Of a stretch of 64,000 bases of DNA, positions 58,478 to 64,000 are shown in pieces (position 1 is the first letter of the stretch; every line of letters starts with the position of its first letter). Under the pieces are notes generated by a model. The model did no database searches. It was not told where the DNA came from and saw only the letters and a list, made by a program, of their open reading frames with translations. The position numbers were made by a program, and so were the translations under genes. Where the stretch lies: IMG/VR virus record IMGVR_UViG_3300028837_001424, positions 32,001-96,000 of that record; one strand, 5' to 3'. Source of the DNA: a virus.

Positions 58478-59801
58478 CCCTTAGTGCCGGAATGCGTTTG
58501 CCCTCAATTAATTCAGGAACGCATATGATCACGCATTTTTCTTCATCCTGTTCGCCAATGCCAGCCATCGATGCCGTCTTAATCATGTCCTTTGTTGGCT
58601 TGTATAGGCAGGCCAACACTCCTCGTTGCGCCCTCTCTTTGGTGACAGTGCCGATCAGATCTCTTACATGTGCGAGGTGATTGCGCCCGCCTTTGACCGA
58701 GATAATTGTTTTGTAAACCTCACCGTCTTTAAGAACGTCCACCAACACACCATCAATACCGCTATCCTTGCCTTTCTTAGCAGTCTTTTGTTTGACCTTA
58801 TTTACCTCAAGAACATTCAATACCCATGCTTGGAACTGGAATTTATCTCGCATAGCCAATGCTTCTGCTTGCTTGAAGGTGTGAGGTTCGCCACTAATTT
58901 CTACTTCAAACCCAGCCTCTTGTAATCGTCGCTCAGCTATGTCGATCGCCATGAAGGTAAGATCACATCCTATGCCGACACGCCCTAGTTTGGCAGCTAC
59001 CACCACTGTAGTACCAGATCCGCAGAATGGATCGAATACTACATCGCCTGGATTGCTTGAAGCTTTGATAATGCGCTCTAGAAGTCGCTGAGGCTTCTGG
59101 GTTTGGTAACCTGTGTATTCGATTGATGAGCGTGGGGCAATCCCAATACCTGTCCACCAATCCTCGGGAATCTTACCTTTGACAATGTACTTTGGGTCAT
59201 CTATATTAGATTTGCCGCCCTTGAACCCGCCGGCGTGTGGTCCACCATCAGCATGAGGTATCCTAACTTCGTCTTTATTAAACGTCCAGGCTTTACCAAT
59301 TGAATACCAGAGAATATTGTCATGTTTACGATTAAACTGGCGCATACCTGGAGAACCTGGACCTGTGTACGCCCATATTACCTCATTGCGGAAGTTGTCA
59401 GCACCAAATATTGCATCCATTAACGATCGCAAGTGATGTACTGCAAACTTGTCACAATGTAAGTAGATGCTCCCAGTCTCTTTCAATAGCCTTCGACATT
59501 CAATTAACCTCTCGGCCATAAAGTAAAGATAGGAGAGCATCCCACAACTACCAATGATCTTGAGCATACCTTCGGTCCATTTGGAGATAGAGTTTCCGCG
59601 CTTCACTAAGCGCTCGTAAAGCCTCATATCACTAGAGTCCCACGACCAGGTATCATCAAAGGCTTTTGCTTGTCCATTGGCCACTATAACGTTGTATACC
59701 TTTTTTGAGTTGAATGGGGGGTCTAGGTAGATGAGATCAACGCTTTCATCTGCCATGTCTTGCATAAAGGTTAGGTTATCTCCAAAGTGCAAGCGATGCA
59801 T
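58455..59801 (-). CDS. Beta-class N6-adenine/N4-cytosine DNA methyltransferase fused to Mrr-like domain
   Basis: GDNL, YLDPPF, Y.TQKP, DPFCGSGTT; C-terminal FQ.W...DSGIDG...ISVKGG. Confidence 0.88.
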   Translation of the reverse strand: MHRLHFGDNLTFMQDMADESVDLIYLDPPFNSKKVYNVIVANGQAKAFDDTWSWDSSDMRLYERLVKRGNSISKWTEGMLKIIGSCGMLSYLYFMAERLIECRRLLKETGSIYLHCDKFAVHHLRSLMDAIFGADNFRNEVIWAYTGPGSPGMRQFNRKHDNILWYSIGKAWTFNKDEVRIPHADGGPHAGGFKGGKSNIDDPKYIVKGKIPEDWWTGIGIAPRSSIEYTGYQTQKPQRLLERIIKASSNPGDVVFDPFCGSGTTVVVAAKLGRVGIGCDLTFMAIDIAERRLQEAGFEVEISGEPHTFKQAEALAMRDKFQFQAWVLNVLEVNKVKQKTAKKGKDSGIDGVLVDVLKDGEVYKTIISVKGGRNHLAHVRDLIGTVTKERAQRGVLACLYKPTKDMIKTASMAGIGEQDEEKCVIICVPELIEGKRIPALRDVQSEGD

Positions 59802-59820
59802 ATTGATCCCCAAAGTTATT

Positions 59821-60168
59821 TTAATTCCAAGTGAGATAGATTGATCTAATACCAAGAACAAAATTTATTATTCCTAATAGGTTAAAGATAAGCCCTATAA
59901 GGCTGGGTTCCCAAACGTGCCAAGTTAGAAGCATTGCCGGTCCAGTATATGCATTTGGTGGCTTAAACTTACTTTTGGTTGTTTGATCTTTCCACACACC
60001 AATACTAAACAGAATCGCACCCGCAGAAAGTGTCTGTAACTGAGAATTTGAAACACCCTTAGTTTCAATACAGAGCGAGGTGATAAACACAACAACTCCT
60101 GTATAAAAAATCGCTTTATACCATTTGTCAATAGCCATTGCCTTAAAAAAGTCAGTCATTATATTCAT
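59821..60168 (-). CDS. Small membrane protein
   Basis: Three hydrophobic segments. Confidence 0.55.
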   Translation of the reverse strand: MNIMTDFFKAMAIDKWYKAIFYTGVVVFITSLCIETKGVSNSQLQTLSAGAILFSIGVWKDQTTKSKFKPPNAYTGPAMLLTWHVWEPSLIGLIFNLLGIINFVLGIRSIYLTWN

Positions 60169-60191
60169 TGACCCTCATTTTTGTTCCAATA

Positions 60192-60221
60192 GGCCTAGCG
60201 GGGTTCGACGCCCGCTAGGCC
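60192..60221 (-). terminator. Hairpin downstream of lipoprotein gene
   Basis: GGCCTAGCGGG / CCCGCTAGGCC. Confidence 0.55.
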
Positions 60222-60245
60222 CAAGTCATTCATTCGTAGATTTTT

Positions 60246-61586
60246 CTACTGACCACCGACTGGTTGAGGTGGATCAGGTCTCTCAACCCCGTGGCACTTA
60301 TCAAACGATTCTTGGTCACGCTGGCCTCGTAGGTGTCTTGCCCACAAGCACTTGAGGACGCAAATAGGCTGTCGGTAATAACCGTACCGATCGCAAGCCC
60401 AGTAACCATATTCGGTTCCATCGTCATAGACCATGCCACCGCAAGGCTGATTGTCTGCGACCCACTCCACAACTCCCGCACCACAAATGGCTGGTTGCCG
60501 TTCGACAGATACTCCGCTTTCGGTCAAGACCATACAGTAGGGGAGCCATCCTTCGGGCGGGCTGTAGCTAATGAGAAGTTGCAACGGACACACTGGCTTA
60601 GGATAGGTACACGATCCGTCATCAAGCTCTGCAGCCGGATTGTAATTCATGGCTTCGGGATCTGTACAGCCATAAATGGCGGCTCTCTCTTCGGTTTCGA
60701 TTTGTTGATCGCATTCGTGTTCTGGATCACGACTGTCGAAGTATTCAATGAGGCGGTGTCTGAACCATATGCCGTCTTCCAGATACCAGTCAGCCCACTC
60801 TCCAATGATCTTGTTGGTAACGGAACAAACTTGATAATATTCACAGCTACCATCGTCATATTCGGCGTCAGGGTTGTAATTCTCGGCATCTTCGTCCGTG
60901 CAGCCACCAATGGCATCCTTATACTCTGTTTCAGTGCGAGTAGAGCATATGTGTTCAGTATTTTGGGCGTCATAGATGGTTACTGTTCTTGAACGCACCC
61001 ACTCATCTCCTACTAGCGCCCACTCTGACCAATTGCCATAGACAGGATCGGTTTGCTCATCGCACACCTGATAGTATTCACAGGAGCCATCATCATATTC
61101 GGCTTCGGGATTGTAGTTTTCAGCCACGGGATCAGTACACCCCTGGGTGGCATCCCGATATTCGTATTCCATATCGCTTGAGCACGCATGCTGCTGATTG
61201 CGCACGTCGTAGAATGTGACAGAACGCGAGCGCTCCCATGTATCGCTTACCAGAACCCAATCAGACCATGCACCAAAGACAGGGCCGATCTGCTCGCTAC
61301 ATACTTCGTAATAGATGCACGAGCCGTCATCCACGGTGGCATCTGGATTGAAGTTTTCGGCGGCGGGGTCGGTGCAACCGGGAACGGATGGACACCATGA
61401 ATGACCATAGAAACGAGATTCAAACATTCCAGGATCATCGGTGCTTTGAACGACGCCGTCTTTGGTATAGTAGTAAAGCCCATCCTGCTCACAATAACCG
61501 AGCACTTCGTAATTGTGTCCGCCGTACTCACAACCAGTTAATAGTAGACCGATTATGAGCATGAAAAAAATCAGCCATCTTTTCAT
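60246..61586 (-). CDS. Cys-rich repeat lipoprotein
   Basis: Lipobox LLTGC; four GCTD..A.N.NP.A..DDGSC repeats alternating with WxxW/RxR modules. Confidence 0.8.
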   Translation of the reverse strand: MKRWLIFFMLIIGLLLTGCEYGGHNYEVLGYCEQDGLYYYTKDGVVQSTDDPGMFESRFYGHSWCPSVPGCTDPAAENFNPDATVDDGSCIYYEVCSEQIGPVFGAWSDWVLVSDTWERSRSVTFYDVRNQQHACSSDMEYEYRDATQGCTDPVAENYNPEAEYDDGSCEYYQVCDEQTDPVYGNWSEWALVGDEWVRSRTVTIYDAQNTEHICSTRTETEYKDAIGGCTDEDAENYNPDAEYDDGSCEYYQVCSVTNKIIGEWADWYLEDGIWFRHRLIEYFDSRDPEHECDQQIETEERAAIYGCTDPEAMNYNPAAELDDGSCTYPKPVCPLQLLISYSPPEGWLPYCMVLTESGVSVERQPAICGAGVVEWVADNQPCGGMVYDDGTEYGYWACDRYGYYRQPICVLKCLWARHLRGQRDQESFDKCHGVERPDPPQPVGGQ

Positions 61587-61615
61587 CGTTATGACCCTCC
61601 TTTTAGGTCAACCAA

Positions 61616-61660
61616 ATTATACCCGCACGGGCATATATGGTCAAGTTACTTTGGTACTAT
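61616..61660 (-). promoter_or_regulatory. Sigma70 promoter with upstream operator-like box
   Basis: ATAGTACCAAAGTAAC-TTGACC-17 nt-TATAAT. Confidence 0.7.
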
Positions 61661-61729
61661 TTTTTGCTCGTTGAACCAAGCCAACGAACCAGGTTTACAA
61701 AGACTAGTGCAATCACGATCACTAATATG

Positions 61730-62515
61730 TTAGAGTAATTCAGGGGCATCGTTTTCCTTCTTTTCGCTATCATCGGGTGGTTTTGATGCCTTCTTTTTAT
61801 TTAAGAGCAACTGATACATTGCTCGATAGCACTCGACGGTTTTCTCTTCGCATTCTGATTCCTGTAGATTGATCCACGCGTTGGCCTCTTTTTGGATCAT
61901 GCCGATCTCGTCAATTGCATAATCGTATACGGATCGTCTCGCCTGAGGCGGAGTAACTTCAGCAGACTTTATATGATCCTCGCCGTTTTCTGTGGCCTCT
62001 GACGACTCTGGTGCTGCGTCTTCTTCAACAGCGCGTTGATCAGCTTTAGGATTTTTTAACCAACCATAGAACTGGCCTTTTGCATTAAGCTTGCAAGATA
62101 ATCTTCGAATTGGGTAATCGTATGAATCTCGGCCTATTCCCCATTGGAAACCAGCGCGCTTGAAGCCCTGAGAGACTAGACCCTTCTTGCCTCCGAAGCC
62201 GCTTTCATCTCTTTCCAGTTTCTCTTGACCAGTATCCCACTTCCAGATCCAGTCTTCCGTTTCGGGATTATGAATACCTATCCCTACCATCAAAATGCCA
62301 GCTATTTCCCTCACCCCGCTTTGCCAACTGAGAGGGCCACAAGCAGCGTCTAATCGAGATTGAGTAAACCGGGCGTCGATATGTGGCAGTGCTATCGCAC
62401 TGGCTGAACCGTTTGGCAATTTTTGGATCGAACCCTTACGAGCTACAAAGGAAATGTTTCCTGGTGGGGTTGGTGATTGAAGAATTTCAACTATTTCTTT
62501 AATTGTCCTAGTCAT
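61730..62515 (-). CDS. Rad52/Sak-family single-strand annealing protein
   Basis: IDARF...RLD..CG...WQ, WIWKWD.G, K...S..FKRA...WGIGR. Confidence 0.85.
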   Translation of the reverse strand: MTRTIKEIVEILQSPTPPGNISFVARKGSIQKLPNGSASAIALPHIDARFTQSRLDAACGPLSWQSGVREIAGILMVGIGIHNPETEDWIWKWDTGQEKLERDESGFGGKKGLVSQGFKRAGFQWGIGRDSYDYPIRRLSCKLNAKGQFYGWLKNPKADQRAVEEDAAPESSEATENGEDHIKSAEVTPPQARRSVYDYAIDEIGMIQKEANAWINLQESECEEKTVECYRAMYQLLLNKKKASKPPDDSEKKENDAPELL

Positions 62516-62738
62516 TGTTTGGCTCCTTCGCCTCGTCATTATAACCTATAACTAGCAATCCTTGCTTGAATTGAAGCTCACGAATAATTGGCAAACAATT
62601 GATACATGAGTAGGTGCCCTCGTTAGGCGCACCACCACTGGGGAAGGCCTTACATATTGGGATTGGATAAATGTATGGGCGCATATCACCCCTTTTCATT
62701 GGCGTACCACAGAACGGGCATTCAAGAGTGCTTTTCAT
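62508..62738 (-). CDS. Small Zn-finger protein
   Basis: CPFC...CINC. Confidence 0.5.
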   Translation of the reverse strand: MKSTLECPFCGTPMKRGDMRPYIYPIPICKAFPSGGAPNEGTYSCINCLPIIRELQFKQGLLVIGYNDEAKEPNND

Positions 62739-62956
62739 ATTAGCGTGTCCGCTGCTTTGCGAATTGCCTCCAAATTGTCTGGTACTGGCTTGCCCCAGCT
62801 TGGCGGTATGTTAGGCGGATAGATTGTAATGCCCCAAACTACATATCTTTTACATTCAGGACATTGATGGTATTGTCCTGCTTCTATGTCGAGCCTTGTT
62901 GCTTCAGACCAGTGGAATTTATGGGAACAGTAAGGGCAACTAGGTTTATATTTCAT
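62735..62956 (-). CDS. Small Zn-ribbon protein
   Basis: CPYC...CPEC; AGGAG RBS. Confidence 0.55.
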   Translation of the reverse strand: MKYKPSCPYCSHKFHWSEATRLDIEAGQYHQCPECKRYVVWGITIYPPNIPPSWGKPVPDNLEAIRKAADTLI

Positions 62957-63180
62957 ATTTGATCACTCCTTTCTGCTAACCTGCGCTGTTCGTTCAGTTC
63001 TTGAAGTGTCACAATCTCGCCTTCGTAGCAATCTGCACATTGCTGCTTACCAGGAAAGCCGATGAACCAGTCGTAATATTCGGGGTAATCAGGATGGCGT
63101 TCTTGTTGTAATCTGCCACAATTAATGCAGCGTACCCCAAGCGTGCCATCACTAACAGTTTGTGAAGATTGTTTAGTCAT
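62953..63180 (-). CDS. Small Zn-finger protein
   Basis: CINC...CADC; start moved to ATG 63180 after AGGAGG. Confidence 0.55.
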   Translation of the reverse strand: MTKQSSQTVSDGTLGVRCINCGRLQQERHPDYPEYYDWFIGFPGKQQCADCYEGEIVTLQELNEQRRLAERSDQI

Positions 63181-63214
63181 ATTACCTCCTTCACAAGATG
63201 GTCGTGTTAGACGT

Positions 63215-63259
63215 ATTATACCATAATAGGAATAGTTAGTCAAGGTACGTTGGTACTAT
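63215..63259 (-). promoter_or_regulatory. Sigma70 promoter with palindromic GTAC-N4-GTAC box
   Basis: ATAGTACCAACGTACC-TTGACT-17 nt-TATAAT. Confidence 0.75.
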
Positions 63260-63317
63260 ATGAAATGTTAAATCGTCAAAAAACTTGCGCGATGTAAAAG
63301 CTTGTGCTAATATATTC

Positions 63318-63501
63318 TTCTAGGGAGAAGTGAGGCGCGGGTGTCCAACGTCAAATCCAAAAATCCAAATCAAAACGGCGGATCAACAATAGAACGCCTG
63401 CGTCGTTTTGAACAAGCGTTTCCTCCAGAAACAAATATGGAATACAATCAATCGGCGACACGTAAAGTGTTTCTCACTTCTCCTATAGAAACGGTTTTTT
63501 T
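63318..63501 (+). ncRNA. Structured leader/small RNA upstream of the replication gene
   Basis: GGAGAAGTGAG (63324-63334) pairs with CTCACTTCTCC (63473-63483); internal CAAAACGGCG / CGTCGTTTTG stem; T7 run after. Confidence 0.45.
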
Positions 63502-63747
63502 ATGCCAATGATCTTATAATGCCATCAACTGAAAGCAACCCAACGCGGCCAAGCGAAAGATCATTGGTAAGATAGACCTCCTCAGGCAGCCATAATGTGA
63601 TGAAACAATCCAACCCCGCATCGAAGCAAGCAAATAGCTCAGCCTCTCGCATTATGGCTATCCTTCATCCGGTAGATCAGTGATTGCCGCTCGCTGAAAA
63701 ACCGGATGCCTGAGGGGGCCTATCTTTTACTTTGCGATGGAGTAAGC

Positions 63748-64000
63748 ATGTCAGACGCATTATCACAACCTGAAAGTTATCGTGATTTTATCCGTAGCAT
63801 TCTGGGTGATCGAGTTGTAGCTTATTATCCTAGTCTTGCCAGACGGTTCGGTGTAAAGAGCGCCATCCTGCTATCGCAGTTATTCCATTATGCTAGCCTA
63901 CAGGAAGATCCCGATGACTGGTTCCATGCAAAGATTACGACTATCCATGATCATACGGGTATGACAAAGAAAGAACAGGTTGGTGCGCGCAAGGTACTAT
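63748..64000 (+). CDS. Replication initiator-like wHTH protein (5' partial, runs off the window)
   Basis: Read by hand: VAYYPSLARRFGVKSAILLSQL...WF...TGMTKKEQ..ARK.L; GGAG RBS. Confidence 0.7.
   Translation, partial: MSDALSQPESYRDFIRSILGDRVVAYYPSLARRFGVKSAILLSQLFHYASLQEDPDDWFHAKITTIHDHTGMTKKEQVGARKVL

Noticed and set aside
60192-60223. GGGGTTCGACGCCC looks like a tRNA T-arm or attachment site
   Set aside because: It is the loop region of a simple hairpin; no cloverleaf upstream and no integrase in the window

Overview
A 64-kb segment of a tailed (siphovirus-like) bacteriophage or prophage genome with Shine-Dalgarno sites and sigma70-type promoters; the host cannot be determined from the sequence. 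Plus strand, in order: head-associated accessory genes (2H phosphoesterase-GNAT fusion, GH25-like hydrolase, ADP-ribosyltransferase, ChaB), prohead protease/scaffold, major capsid, a long repetitive decoration-like protein split by a frameshift, an ~18.6-kb sugar-nucleotide/glycosyltransferase cluster, then (after an accessory island) neck, tail tube, tape measure, tail and holin-like genes. The right end holds minus-strand early/middle genes (metallophosphoesterase, RNA ligase, DNA methyltransferase-Mrr fusion, Cys-rich lipoprotein, Rad52/Sak annealase) and the start of a replication initiator. The most striking region is the accessory island at ~36.3-40.9 kb. It has two paralogous stand-alone RAMP/Cas7-like genes, each preceded by an overlapping nuclease gene (HNH; GIY-YIG/T5orf172) and each adjoining non-coding arrays of strict 5-nt periodicity made of a constant triplet and a variable dinucleotide. 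Locus 1 has five units of NN-GGY; locus 2 has 27 perfect NN-AGC pentamers. This looks like a non-CRISPR RNA-guided system with a gapped dinucleotide code (VIPR-like, from my recollection of recent reports, unverified). A divergently transcribed ~330-nt structured RNA sits between the two loci. All functional calls come from motif recognition by eye; no database search was run.
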